Part shown: positions 28,983 to 38,971 of the stretch, in pieces | Position numbering within the stretch: the first letter of the stretch is position 1 | Layout: each line of letters begins with the position of its first letter | Source of the DNA: an uncultured Bacteroides sp. | GTDB lineage: Bacteria; Bacteroidota; Bacteroidia; Bacteroidales; Bacteroidaceae | Assembly: GCA_949294185.1 (NCBI GenBank) | Contig: CASFGA010000009.1 | Coordinates: 61,968-125,967 of the forward strand | DNA length: 64,000 nt | Direction: 5' to 3' | Position numbers and translations under genes: made by a program | Notes under the pieces: model-generated | What the model was told of the DNA's origin: nothing | The model's database searches: none | The model's input: only the letters and a program-made list of their open reading frames with translations

Positions 28983-30622
28983 TGACGAAAAGAATGATTA
29001 TACTGTATGCCGGAATCTTGTCGGCCTCCGTGCTGACAGCACAAGAGCAGGACTCTACCCTGAATCGGACAATTGTTGTAGAGAACCAATACAACCCGGA
29101 AGTAATGGATGCCTTCAAGGTCAACATACTTCCTGAAATTGAAGAGCCGGCCGTCGCAAAAAAAGAAATAGACTACGCAACCGGAATACGCCCGTTCGAC
29201 GGATGGACAGCGGTACCTATGGCATCGTTTGTCCCGGATGCCGGACAGAAGAACGCCCGTCGCGGGTATCTTCGCGCTGCCTACGGAAACCGGAACAATA
29301 CGGATATAAAGGGGAGCTACTTGTGGAACATCACTTCGCAAGACCAACTGGGAGTGATGGCCTCGCTCTACGGAATGTATGGCAATATCCCCAGTCTGGG
29401 AGATGAGGAAAAATGGAAGTCCCGCTTCTACCGTACAGACATTTTATTAGACTACAAGCACGATTTCCGCAAGGTATCGCTGAACGTTGGCGGGGCTTTC
29501 GCCTCGCAAGTGTTCAACTATATGCCTGCCTATGACCTGACACACAGCCAGCCGGCCACAGCCAGCCAGCATTATACATTGGGCGAAGGATACGCGGGCA
29601 TTGCTTCGCGCGGAAAGGAGATGCCTGTAAACTTCTCTTTGCAGACGGGATTCCGCACGTTCAACCGCAAGTATCCCAATACCAGAATAGGGGAAGGGGC
29701 GGAAAACATCATCCATACGGAAGGCTTCATAACAGGAGAAATCAGCGAGGAACAGTGCATAAGCATCGGCATGACAATGGATAACCTGATTTATGAAACG
29801 GAGATGAAAGATTATACGCTGCTGCAAATCAATCCTTACTACACGCTGCGGAACGACGACATCAGCTTGCGCGTGGGCGCGCATGCCGACTTGCAGACCG
29901 CCAACGGCAGCGGAATGAAATTCGCTCCGGATGTAAAACTGGCCTATACCTTTGCCGAATCATACGTGGTCTATCTGCAAACAGAAGGAGGGACACGGCT
30001 GAACGACTTCCGCCAACTGAATGAAATTTCTCCGTATTGGGACCAGCGCCGGCAGTTGCGCACATCATACACTCCGATAGACGCAAGCATCGGACTGAAA
30101 GCATCGCCTGCCGACGGCTTCGGATTCCGTCTCTACGGAGGTTATCGCATAACCAAAAACGAACTGTTCTCGCTTCCCGCATCTTTCGGAAGCAGCACCA
30201 ACTGTCTGCTGCTACAGGACAAGGCAAAAGTAGCCTACGCCGGAGCCTCCGTAAGCTATGCTTATCGTGACTGGATAGACTTCACCTTAAAAGGTACATA
30301 TTATGACTGGAAGACAGAAAGCAAGGATGACAGGCTGCTGTGGCTGAAACCTCAGTTCGGCATCGACTTTTCCGCACGGGGAAAAGTGACGGACAATCTG
30401 CATATCACCCTGAACTATCTCTACGAAGAACGGAGCGAATCTGCCGGACGGAAGAAGGCAGACGCGGCGAACAGCCTCAATATAGGAGCCGAATACCTGC
30501 TGTTCGACCGTCTGACCGCATTCGTGCGTCTGAACAATCTGCTTGACAAATATTACATAACCGAAGCAGGATATCCGATACAAGGATTCAACGTGATGGG
30601 AGGACTCAGCTTCCGCTTCTGA
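28979..30622 (+). CDS. Putative outer-membrane beta-barrel (TonB-dependent-receptor-like)
   Basis: Signal peptide, amphipathic strands, C-terminal NNLLDKYY...GGLSFRF ending in Phe; overlaps the TPR gene stop. Confidence 0.7.
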   Translation: MMTKRMIILYAGILSASVLTAQEQDSTLNRTIVVENQYNPEVMDAFKVNILPEIEEPAVAKKEIDYATGIRPFDGWTAVPMASFVPDAGQKNARRGYLRAAYGNRNNTDIKGSYLWNITSQDQLGVMASLYGMYGNIPSLGDEEKWKSRFYRTDILLDYKHDFRKVSLNVGGAFASQVFNYMPAYDLTHSQPATASQHYTLGEGYAGIASRGKEMPVNFSLQTGFRTFNRKYPNTRIGEGAENIIHTEGFITGEISEEQCISIGMTMDNLIYETEMKDYTLLQINPYYTLRNDDISLRVGAHADLQTANGSGMKFAPDVKLAYTFAESYVVYLQTEGGTRLNDFRQLNEISPYWDQRRQLRTSYTPIDASIGLKASPADGFGFRLYGGYRITKNELFSLPASFGSSTNCLLLQDKAKVAYAGASVSYAYRDWIDFTLKGTYYDWKTESKDDRLLWLKPQFGIDFSARGKVTDNLHITLNYLYEERSESAGRKKADAANSLNIGAEYLLFDRLTAFVRLNNLLDKYYITEAGYPIQGFNVMGGLSFRF

Positions 30623-30648
30623 GCCCTGACCTCCATTTCATCCCATAC

Positions 30649-30692
30649 TGATAAACCCCGGTTTCCATCATCATGAAAGCCGGGGTTCATCA
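30649..30692. terminator. Hairpin between convergent genes
   Basis: TGATAAACCCCGGTTTC ... GAAAGCCGGGGTTCATCA. Confidence 0.6.
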
Positions 30693-30737
30693 GCATAAAA
30701 ACCGATTTTCATCTGCATCAGCCGCCACTACCACAAC

Positions 30738-32351
30738 CTATATCGACCGGATATAGGCCACCAAATCGTCTTCGGCAGACAAGCCCAGCGACTTGCGCAG
30801 GCGGTAACGGTTCATATTGATGGTTTTCGGCGTGGTGCCGGTCAGCATGGCAATCTCTTTGGTAGAAAGCTCCACACGCAAGAGCGTGGCCAAATGCTTC
30901 TCTCCCTGCGTCAAGTTGGGATGACGCAAGACCAGACGCCCGACAAACTCCTGGTTTTTTTCATCAATATGCTGCAAAGTGATGTTTCCGGTCTTCTCTC
31001 CATTCAGATTTTGTGCGATGAAAGCATTGATTTTCTTCAGATAAGCAATCAGCTCCGCTCCCTCCATCTTGTAGCTTTGCCTGATCATTTCGCGTATTTT
31101 CTCAAGCAGTTCGTTACGGCTTTGCAGAAAGACGGCAAAGTCGGTTATCTCCTGCTTGTTGGTCGCCAGTTCGGTCTGGGCCTTTTCCAGTTCCATCTTC
31201 TGCTGCTGCACCTTCAGCTTCGCCACTTCATGCTCCGACTGCTCCAGACGATACTGCGTATTGATCAGCTGAAGCTTTTTCTTTCTCTTGAACCGCTGAT
31301 GAAGCAGCAGTCCGATTACCGCCAGCGAACAGCCCACTATGATGATGGTCAGAATATTCCGCCGCAACTGTTCGATTTTGTATTCCTGTTCCTTGCGTTC
31401 GGTCTCCTGCTGCTGCGACAGCAAACGTTTCTCCGCAATGTTCTGCTCTACCGTACGCAGTTTGCTCCCGCTCTGTATCTCTTTGCTCAGGCTGTAAAGA
31501 GCCGCCTGCTGCTCATAAGCCTTCTTGTATTCTCCCGTAGCGGCATATACCATTGCAAAATACTCATAATTGTCGCAGATAATTCCTCTTGCCCCCACCT
31601 TCGAGGCAAGTTCATGGGCCTTTTTCAAGACAACGACGGCCTGCGCATATTTTTTCTCATAGTAATACAGACGCCCCAGATTGTTGTAATTCTCGCTCAA
31701 TGACCATACCGCATTCAGATTCCGGTTGATGACAATCGCTTCACTGATCCAACGTATCTGCTGCTTTATATCACCCGGATACAGACAAAGGTTATTCAGG
31801 TTTGCCGCAATGCTCTTCAGATTCCTGTGGCGGCGGTTGATGTCGAGAGCCAGATGAAAGAAACGTTCCGCCTGCTCCGACTCATTGATATACATGTGGA
31901 TAATTCCCCGGTTATTGTACGCCTGAGCCATAATTACAGAGTCATTCTCCACTTTCGACAGGGCAATGGCCTCATCGCTCAATTCAATCGCCTTCGTATA
32001 ATCCCCCAAACTGCAATAACTGGCACTCATCTGGTTATAAATCTTGCTCTTCCACTTGTTATTGCCATAGGGAACTATTTCTTCTGCCTGATAGAGTGCC
32101 TGAATCCCGCCGTCATAATTGCCCAAAAACCTTTCGGCCTGAGCATACAGGCAAAGCGAACGGATTTTCTGATTGACATCCTCGCTCTGCTTAAAGACCT
32201 GCTGCGCAAAAAAGGCCGACTGCGCCGGATTGGAATACAGACCCTGTTCGGCCTTGTCCAACAGACTGTCGGGGTCGCTTGCCGGAAAGGCACGGAAAAT
32301 GCAGGCAGAAACAAAGATGATGAAAAGTGATATGTGCTGATATTTCCCCAT
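30738..32351 (-). CDS. Membrane-spanning TPR plus LuxR-type HTH regulator
   Basis: Signal-like N-terminus, TPRs, TM segment (ILTIIIVGCSLAVIGLLLH), C-terminal LTQGEKHLATLLRVELSTKEIA...RYRLRKSLGL HTH. Confidence 0.85.
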   Translation of the reverse strand: MGKYQHISLFIIFVSACIFRAFPASDPDSLLDKAEQGLYSNPAQSAFFAQQVFKQSEDVNQKIRSLCLYAQAERFLGNYDGGIQALYQAEEIVPYGNNKWKSKIYNQMSASYCSLGDYTKAIELSDEAIALSKVENDSVIMAQAYNNRGIIHMYINESEQAERFFHLALDINRRHRNLKSIAANLNNLCLYPGDIKQQIRWISEAIVINRNLNAVWSLSENYNNLGRLYYYEKKYAQAVVVLKKAHELASKVGARGIICDNYEYFAMVYAATGEYKKAYEQQAALYSLSKEIQSGSKLRTVEQNIAEKRLLSQQQETERKEQEYKIEQLRRNILTIIIVGCSLAVIGLLLHQRFKRKKKLQLINTQYRLEQSEHEVAKLKVQQQKMELEKAQTELATNKQEITDFAVFLQSRNELLEKIREMIRQSYKMEGAELIAYLKKINAFIAQNLNGEKTGNITLQHIDEKNQEFVGRLVLRHPNLTQGEKHLATLLRVELSTKEIAMLTGTTPKTINMNRYRLRKSLGLSAEDDLVAYIRSI

Positions 32352-32426
32352 AACATTACAATTCAGTCTTTCAAAAATAGAAATATTCTTTCAGACTTTC
32401 ATTATCTTTGCCCATAAAAAGTTATT

Positions 32427-33401
32427 ATGAAGCGGCGCATAGAAGAAATCGACTTCCTGAAATGTACGTTCATCTTGCTGATGATCCTATTTCATCTGGT
32501 ATATATCGGCGACAAATACCCTTATGCCAAACAGTTGGTCTATACGTTCCACATGCCTGCCTTCCTGATAATTTCAGGATACCTGATGAATGTGGGCAAA
32601 CCGGCACGTTCCTTCCTGCGGTCGATGGGATGGATATTTGTCCCTTATGCCGTAATGGAGAGCGGTTATGTAGTGATGTCTTCCATCTTGCCCGTACGCG
32701 AACGGGTGGAAATCCTGAATCTTCCGGTATGGGCAGACAAGCTTTTCCTGCATCCATTAGGGCCTTACTGGTATCTTCATACACTCATCGTGTGCGGAAT
32801 AACCTACTATATCGTCGACAGACTTAGCCGACGGTGGGACAACAGCCTGTCTTTTCTCATTTTACTGGCATTGTGCTACACCGCAGAAGCCGAACTTCTT
32901 GGCATTGTATCGCTCTCAAACGCATTATACTTTACAGCAGGAGCGTTCTTACATCGCATCCAAATGTCGTTCACCTCTTTCTTCCGCCCGTCTTTCTGGT
33001 CGGCTATCCCTTTTGTCATGTTAGCCTGTTTCCCCGAGAACCTGAACAAGACCACTCTCTCCGGAGTCATAATGACTTATCTGGCTATTAGTCTGGCACT
33101 GACACTGTATCAATACCTCTCTTCCACCGCCAGACAAATCTGCGGATATGTCGGCTCGCATACATTTATATTATTGGTCTTTTCTCCGATATTCACAATG
33201 GCCGTCAAGCCATTGGCCGACATACTTCGGTTCGATCCGTCCGGAATCCTTTTTATGATTGTCGCACTGCTCATTACACTGGCGGGATGTTTCAGCATCG
33301 CATGGCTTATCGACCGCCTTCATCTTTCCCCATATTTCTGGGGCAAGAAGCGTATGCTGCAACCCTTCCGTCAAAAAAATGACAAGTTGACAGAAAAATA
33401 A
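32427..33401 (+). CDS. Acyltransferase family 3 membrane protein
   Basis: IDFLK, FHMPAFLIISGY and YWYL motifs with multiple TMs; -7 box near 32404. Confidence 0.88.
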   Translation: MKRRIEEIDFLKCTFILLMILFHLVYIGDKYPYAKQLVYTFHMPAFLIISGYLMNVGKPARSFLRSMGWIFVPYAVMESGYVVMSSILPVRERVEILNLPVWADKLFLHPLGPYWYLHTLIVCGITYYIVDRLSRRWDNSLSFLILLALCYTAEAELLGIVSLSNALYFTAGAFLHRIQMSFTSFFRPSFWSAIPFVMLACFPENLNKTTLSGVIMTYLAISLALTLYQYLSSTARQICGYVGSHTFILLVFSPIFTMAVKPLADILRFDPSGILFMIVALLITLAGCFSIAWLIDRLHLSPYFWGKKRMLQPFRQKNDKLTEK

Positions 33402-33484
33402 ATTTCTTCCCCGAGCAAGACCAATGGCACTCCCTTTGCGGGACTTATAAAGAAAGTGCAGTTTAACCATTAAAACATACGATT

Positions 33485-33970
33485 ATGATTTCAGAAAAAT
33501 TACAGAACGCGATTAACGAACAGATTACGGCAGAAATGTGGTCATCCAATCTTTATCTCTCCATGTCTTTCTATCTGAAGAGTGAAGGCTTCGACGGATT
33601 TGCCCACTGGCTGAAACTCCAGTCACAAGAGGAACTGACGCATGCATACGATTTAGCCGACTATTTGGCCAAGCGCGGCGGCGCGGCAAAAGTAGACAAA
33701 ATAGATGTCGTGCCGCAGGGATGGGGAAGTGTGCTCGAAGTATTCGAACACGTTTACAAGCATGAATGCCACGTATCAGAGCTGATAGACAATCTGGTGA
33801 ACGTTGCATCCGAAGTAAAAGACAAGGCTTCACAAGACTTTTTGTGGGGATATGTCCGCGAGCAGGTAGAGGAAGAAGCTACGGCTCAAGGTATCGTAGA
33901 CAAATTAAAACGGTGCAATGACCAGGCAAGCATCCTTTATATGGATGACAAACTGGGAGCACGCCAGTAA
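33485..33970 (+). CDS. ftnA: Non-heme ferritin
   Basis: INEQITAEMWSSNLY, EELTHA and EQVEEE ferroxidase motifs. Confidence 0.92.
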   Translation: MISEKLQNAINEQITAEMWSSNLYLSMSFYLKSEGFDGFAHWLKLQSQEELTHAYDLADYLAKRGGAAKVDKIDVVPQGWGSVLEVFEHVYKHECHVSELIDNLVNVASEVKDKASQDFLWGYVREQVEEEATAQGIVDKLKRCNDQASILYMDDKLGARQ

Positions 33971-34131
33971 TCTTACCCTACATATTTCAGGCGCAGGTTA
34001 TGCCAAATGGATGGATTCAGATACATATCCGTCAAAAGTGGCGTAATCTGCGCTTCTTTTTCTTTATAAATATAGTTTTTTGTTATCTTTGCTCGTGAAA
34101 AGGAAGCGTTGTCACATTAAAGCATAGCAAT

Positions 34132-34812
34132 ATGGGAGGTATTTTCCTACGGAGTTGGAATTGGTGCAAGCGTATCCGCCACCGGCGAGGATATGGTGTA
34201 CACTCACCGTCAGACTTCTTTCTGATTACTTTTGTCATATACGAACAAATGCCGTTCTATGCTTATTCTCCTCTTCATCACCTGCGAAGAGTGGTCAATC
34301 ACTTGCCCCATTACCGTGAGAAAGTAGACAAACTGCTGTTTCGGCTTACTAATTATCTACAGCCCTCCCTAATCATCGAAGCAGGAACAGGCAGTGGAAT
34401 CAGCACCCGATATATGGCAGAAGCTTGTTCCAAAGCAGAAGTCTGCTCTTTTTCTGAGAACAAAGAAGATGCTGTGGAGCGTATTCTTTCCACCAGACCC
34501 ACCATCATATACGACTCTGGAAATATCATGAAAAAGATACGCCAACTGACAAAAGAAGGCAGAACACCTGATATCGTACATATAGCCCATACCCCAAATT
34601 ACAAAGAAATATTTGAACTGCTCCTGCCCTTTGCAGGAAAAAAAACTTGTTTCATCATCGGACAACCCTATGAAAACGAAGAAAAAAAGCACTGGTGGAA
34701 AGAAATCGTCAGCGACAAGCGTACAGGAGTCACTTTCGACCTGTATGACATCGGACTGGTGTTTTTTGACAAAGAACGGACAAAAGAGCATCGCATCATA
34801 AATTTCCTTTAA
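34132..34812 (+). CDS. Hypothetical protein, SAM-methyltransferase-like
   Basis: RHRRGYGVHSP N-terminus, IIEAGTGSG motif-I-like segment, TFDLYDIGLVFF tail. Confidence 0.65.
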   Translation: MGGIFLRSWNWCKRIRHRRGYGVHSPSDFFLITFVIYEQMPFYAYSPLHHLRRVVNHLPHYREKVDKLLFRLTNYLQPSLIIEAGTGSGISTRYMAEACSKAEVCSFSENKEDAVERILSTRPTIIYDSGNIMKKIRQLTKEGRTPDIVHIAHTPNYKEIFELLLPFAGKKTCFIIGQPYENEEKKHWWKEIVSDKRTGVTFDLYDIGLVFFDKERTKEHRIINFL

Positions 34813-34830
34813 ACCTTAAACATTATAAAG

Positions 34831-35394
34831 ATGAACAAGATTTATACACGCACGGGAGACAAAGGCATGACTTCATTGGTAGGAGGCATACGCGTATCAA
34901 AAACAGATATACGACTGGAAGCCTACGGGACTGTAGATGAACTAAACTCTTTTCTGGGCTGGCTGATTTCCCTCATCAACGATGAAACAAGCAAGAAACA
35001 GCTGCAATACATCCAGAACAAGCTGTTCTCCATCGGTTCTTATCTTGCGACAGACACAAAACAGACCAAGCTACGCATGGAAAGCAACCTGTCAGACGAA
35101 AGTATACTGAAGCTGGAAAAAGAGATTGACGATATCAATCTTTCCCTGCCCAAGCTATCAGGATTCATTCTCCCCGGAGGCTCACAAGCTGCTTCCGCCT
35201 GTCATATCTGCCGGACGGTCTGTCGCCGCGCCGAGCGCAGAATATTGGAACTGGAAGAATCCGGTGAAGAAAAAATCGATGAAAAAGTCAAACGTTTTGT
35301 AAACAGATTGTCGGATTATTTGTTTATTCTATCAAGAAAATTAAACCATTTAACACAAACTGATGAAATTTATTGGGATAAGAGTTGCGAATGA
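34831..35394 (+). CDS. ATP:cob(I)alamin adenosyltransferase, PduO type
   Basis: KIYTRTGDKG, AYGTVDELNS, FILPGG and RRAERR motifs. Confidence 0.93.
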   Translation: MNKIYTRTGDKGMTSLVGGIRVSKTDIRLEAYGTVDELNSFLGWLISLINDETSKKQLQYIQNKLFSIGSYLATDTKQTKLRMESNLSDESILKLEKEIDDINLSLPKLSGFILPGGSQAASACHICRTVCRRAERRILELEESGEEKIDEKVKRFVNRLSDYLFILSRKLNHLTQTDEIYWDKSCE

Positions 35395-35458
35395 AAGAAA
35401 TTGTTATACTTTTGTGGCTCAATAACGAAATATGTAAAACTTTTAAAACTATCATACT

Positions 35459-35680
35459 ATGTACTGGACATTAGAATTGGCCTCCAAACTGGAAGATGCT
35501 CCTTGGCCTGCAACCAAAGATGAATTGATTGACTACGCTATGCGCTCAGGTGCGCCGTTAGAAGTCATTGAAAACCTTCAGGAGATGGAAGATGAAGGCG
35601 AAATATACGAAAGCATAGAGGACATTTGGCCTGATTATCCGAGCAAAGAAGACTTCTTCTTCAACGAGGAAGAATATTAA
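35459..35680 (+). CDS. DUF2795 small acidic protein
   Basis: MYWTLELASKLEDAPWPATKDELIDYA signature; -7 box TACTTTTG at 35407-35414. Confidence 0.9.
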   Translation: MYWTLELASKLEDAPWPATKDELIDYAMRSGAPLEVIENLQEMEDEGEIYESIEDIWPDYPSKEDFFFNEEEY

Positions 35681-35713
35681 TCAAGAAACGGAGCTTAGTG
35701 CCGACGGACATTT

Positions 35714-35783
35714 CACCACAAAAGATGCAGAGCTTCATAAGGGCAAGCTTGTGTTTCTCTGTATCTTTTGTGGTGTTTTTTTT
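35714..35783 (+). terminator. Intrinsic terminator after the DUF2795 gene
   Basis: CACCACAAAAGATGCAGAG/CTCTGTATCTTTTGTGGTG stem followed by T8. Confidence 0.75.
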
Positions 35784-35816
35784 AAACCTTTTTCCAAACC
35801 AAACTGTTATAATCAC

Positions 35817-36296
35817 ATGAAGAAACTTTTATTACTCACATTTGCCATATTGATTGCCGGCACGGCATGCAGTGGCAATTTAAACAAGAACGAAACGAAA
35901 ACAAAGACTGGTATGGAGATAACAGAAAAAGCAACAGTAATACATCTTTCAAAGGCCGACTTCCTGACAAAAGTGTATAACTATGAAAAGAATCCCGATG
36001 AATGGAAATATGAAGGCGACAAGCCTGCCATCGTAGATTTTTATGCTACCTGGTGTGGCCCTTGCAAGATGATCGCTCCCGTTTTGGAAGAGCTGGCCAA
36101 GGAATATGCCGGACAGATAGTCATCTATAAAATAGACACAGACAAGGAACCGGAACTGTCTGCCGCGTTCGGTATCCGCAGCATCCCGACGCTGCTATTT
36201 ATTCCAATGACAGGAGAGCCGCAGATAGCGCAGGGAGCCATGCCTAAGGCCGCACTGAAAAAAGCCATCAACGAGTTTCTGTTAGGGAACAAATAA
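35817..36296 (+). CDS. trxA: Thioredoxin with a lipoprotein-type signal peptide
   Basis: WCGPC active site; MKKLLLL...GTAC lipobox-like segment. Confidence 0.85.
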   Translation: MKKLLLLTFAILIAGTACSGNLNKNETKTKTGMEITEKATVIHLSKADFLTKVYNYEKNPDEWKYEGDKPAIVDFYATWCGPCKMIAPVLEELAKEYAGQIVIYKIDTDKEPELSAAFGIRSIPTLLFIPMTGEPQIAQGAMPKAALKKAINEFLLGNK

Positions 36297-36387
36297 GCCA
36301 GATATACAGACAAAAATGTCCGCATACAAGGAGTCCGATGGATTTTGCCTTGTATGCGGACTTTTTTCAAAGCTTCAAATGGCGGTT

Positions 36388-38874
36388 TCACTGTGGCTTC
36401 ACTCTGCGCAGCTGCAACAAAACCGCTGCCAGTATGCCCAATGCTAACAATCCCAACGCTGTAAAGGCAATGGTTTCCGTCACATGAAGCGACTGCGGAT
36501 CAAACTTAAATTCCACCGTATGCTTTCCGGCGGGAACATTCATCGCACGCAAGATGTAGTCTGCCCGGCCGTGTTCCACTTCCGCCCCGTCAATGTATGA
36601 ATGCCATCCCGGATAATAGATTTCGGCAAATACCACCGTGCCCCCTTCAGGAGAATCCACCTCATAGCGCAAGGCGTTCGGGCGATAATCGGTCAGCCTG
36701 ATGACATTCAGACTGTCCTGTCCGGCTACCGGTTTCACCTGTCCGGCAAACTTTTTGTCCACCACAGCCGTATGCGCCGGACTGATGTGATGCAGCGCGT
36801 CTATTTCCTCATTGGCATTGTCCACATACCTTACCTCATCTACAAACCAAGCATTGCCCAATGCATGAGGATTAAACAGCGGGACTGTACCGCCACCCTG
36901 CAAAGGGAATATCACATAACGCGTGTTAAGCATATTAAGCACAGGGGTCAGGCCGGCATCCAACAGGCCCATATCCCCGGTTTCCGGCAGTTTTGCATAT
37001 AAAGCATTTATTTCCCCCTGGATATGTTCTTCGATAATCTCCTGATAGCGGCGGAGCTTGGCTGCATGATACCCGCCGATGCTCTTATGCCAGTATGCCG
37101 TATTGTTTTCATTAAACGTATTTACCGAAAGGTTAAGCACCCGATAATCCAGTGTCTTGTCTTTCAGAATCTCCTTGTCCGTTTCCGAAGGCTGCATGAA
37201 AGGCTGCATCTCTGTGCCTTCCGCCACAAACTGCTCATCGTAAAGATAACGTTTGTTCACGCTCCACATATCGGCCAGACAGAGTAAAATCAGTGCGGCA
37301 GTCAGCACTTTCGCATTCAGCCGCTTGCTGCAATAAGCCCATACCAAGGCAAAACCTGCCACGACGACTGCAAAACTCCTCCACGCATCGGCAGTAAAGA
37401 TGGAACGGCGTATCTCCTCCAGATTTGCCAGAAGCGGCGCCAACTGTTCGGCAGGAATCTGCCTCAGGGCATTCATTTCCATCGTCGAGACATACGAGGG
37501 GAAAAAGAACGAAGGAGCAAGGGCAAAAAGCAAAGCGATGCCTCCGGTCAGAACAAAACTGCCATAAAACGCCTTCGGACGCTCACGAAACAGCTGTGGC
37601 CTGCTGACAATCTCCCTGAAAGCCATAACCGCCAACAGCGGTATCGTAAACTCCGCGATGACGAGAATGGAGGAAACCGCACGGAACTTGCTGTACATCG
37701 GTATATAATCAATGAAGAAATCCGTCAACGCCATAAAGTTATGCCCCCATGAAAGGAGAATGGAAAAGACCGTCCCTCCGACCAAGGCCCATTTCATCGG
37801 GCCTTTTACGACAAACAGTCCCAATATAAACAGAAACATCACGAAAGCACCGACATACACCGGGCCGGAAGTACCCGGCTGCTCCCCCCAATATTGTCCC
37901 AACTGACTATACAGTCCCACATAGGCCGGATCTGCCTTCTCCATTGCCCGCTCATTTTGAGACAAAGGAACGGAAGCCCCGCCCTTTACATTGGGAACCA
38001 ACAGTGAAAACGTTTCTCCGATACCGTAACTCCATTGCGTAATATAGCTCCGCTCCAGTCCGCTGTCCGTCTGGTCGGCTGTATTCTCCTTTACCAACTC
38101 GCTCTTCCCGCGCATGGTCTCCTTGCTATACTCATACGTATGGTAAAGGTTCGACAGATTGATACAGACTCCCACCAGTCCGGCCGCCACCAGCACACCA
38201 CTTGCCTTGAGAAATCGTCCCATCTGCCTTTCACGCCAGGCCGACACGCCATAAGCTATCGCCATAAACAGCATGACGAACAAGAAATAATAGCTCATCT
38301 GCGGATGGTTTGCCCTTATCTGAAGCGCGACAAACAAAGCAGTAACCACACCGCCCCACAGATACTTACCCCGGTAAGCCCATACCATACCGGCAATAGT
38401 GGGCGGTATATATGCCAGGGCGACAAGCTTCCAAATGTGTCCGGCTGCAATGATAATGAAAAAATAAGAAGAGAAAGCCCACATTATTGCGCCGAGCATC
38501 GCCATCCAAGCCCTGAAGTCAAACGCCCGCAGCAGGATATAAAAACCCAAAAGCATCGCGAACACATACCATACGTATGTGGGCAAAAAAAGATGATAAA
38601 GGTTTTGAACGAAACTTAGCGTATCGGTGGAATCATAGCTTGGAGACATCTGATAGGTAGGCATCCCGCCGAAAATAGAGTTTGTCCACCGGGTGCGCTC
38701 TCCCGTTTCCTCCAGATACTCCTTCATTTCATGCCCCGAACCGATTCCGGCAACGGCATCATGCTGGGCGAGGATACGCCCCTCGCTCACGGCCGGAAGG
38801 AAATAAACGAAAGCAATCAGCGCAAACAGCGCGACCGCCACTATATCGGGAAGAAATTTCTTGAACTGGTTCAT
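36388..38874 (-). CDS. YfhO family membrane protein (GT-C-like)
   Basis: WTNSIFGGMPTY, YWGEQP..SGPVYVG, SIGGYHAAKL and EIYYPGW motifs with many TMs; start reassigned to MNQF. Confidence 0.85.
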   Translation of the reverse strand: MNQFKKFLPDIVAVALFALIAFVYFLPAVSEGRILAQHDAVAGIGSGHEMKEYLEETGERTRWTNSIFGGMPTYQMSPSYDSTDTLSFVQNLYHLFLPTYVWYVFAMLLGFYILLRAFDFRAWMAMLGAIMWAFSSYFFIIIAAGHIWKLVALAYIPPTIAGMVWAYRGKYLWGGVVTALFVALQIRANHPQMSYYFLFVMLFMAIAYGVSAWRERQMGRFLKASGVLVAAGLVGVCINLSNLYHTYEYSKETMRGKSELVKENTADQTDSGLERSYITQWSYGIGETFSLLVPNVKGGASVPLSQNERAMEKADPAYVGLYSQLGQYWGEQPGTSGPVYVGAFVMFLFILGLFVVKGPMKWALVGGTVFSILLSWGHNFMALTDFFIDYIPMYSKFRAVSSILVIAEFTIPLLAVMAFREIVSRPQLFRERPKAFYGSFVLTGGIALLFALAPSFFFPSYVSTMEMNALRQIPAEQLAPLLANLEEIRRSIFTADAWRSFAVVVAGFALVWAYCSKRLNAKVLTAALILLCLADMWSVNKRYLYDEQFVAEGTEMQPFMQPSETDKEILKDKTLDYRVLNLSVNTFNENNTAYWHKSIGGYHAAKLRRYQEIIEEHIQGEINALYAKLPETGDMGLLDAGLTPVLNMLNTRYVIFPLQGGGTVPLFNPHALGNAWFVDEVRYVDNANEEIDALHHISPAHTAVVDKKFAGQVKPVAGQDSLNVIRLTDYRPNALRYEVDSPEGGTVVFAEIYYPGWHSYIDGAEVEHGRADYILRAMNVPAGKHTVEFKFDPQSLHVTETIAFTALGLLALGILAAVLLQLRRVKPQ

Positions 38875-38971
38875 AACTGGATGTTTATTAATTATTAAGT
38901 TTTCGTCCGACAAAGATAACACAATACTCCTTGAAAAGTCGTAAATTTGACGGCGAAAATCGTTATCAAAC

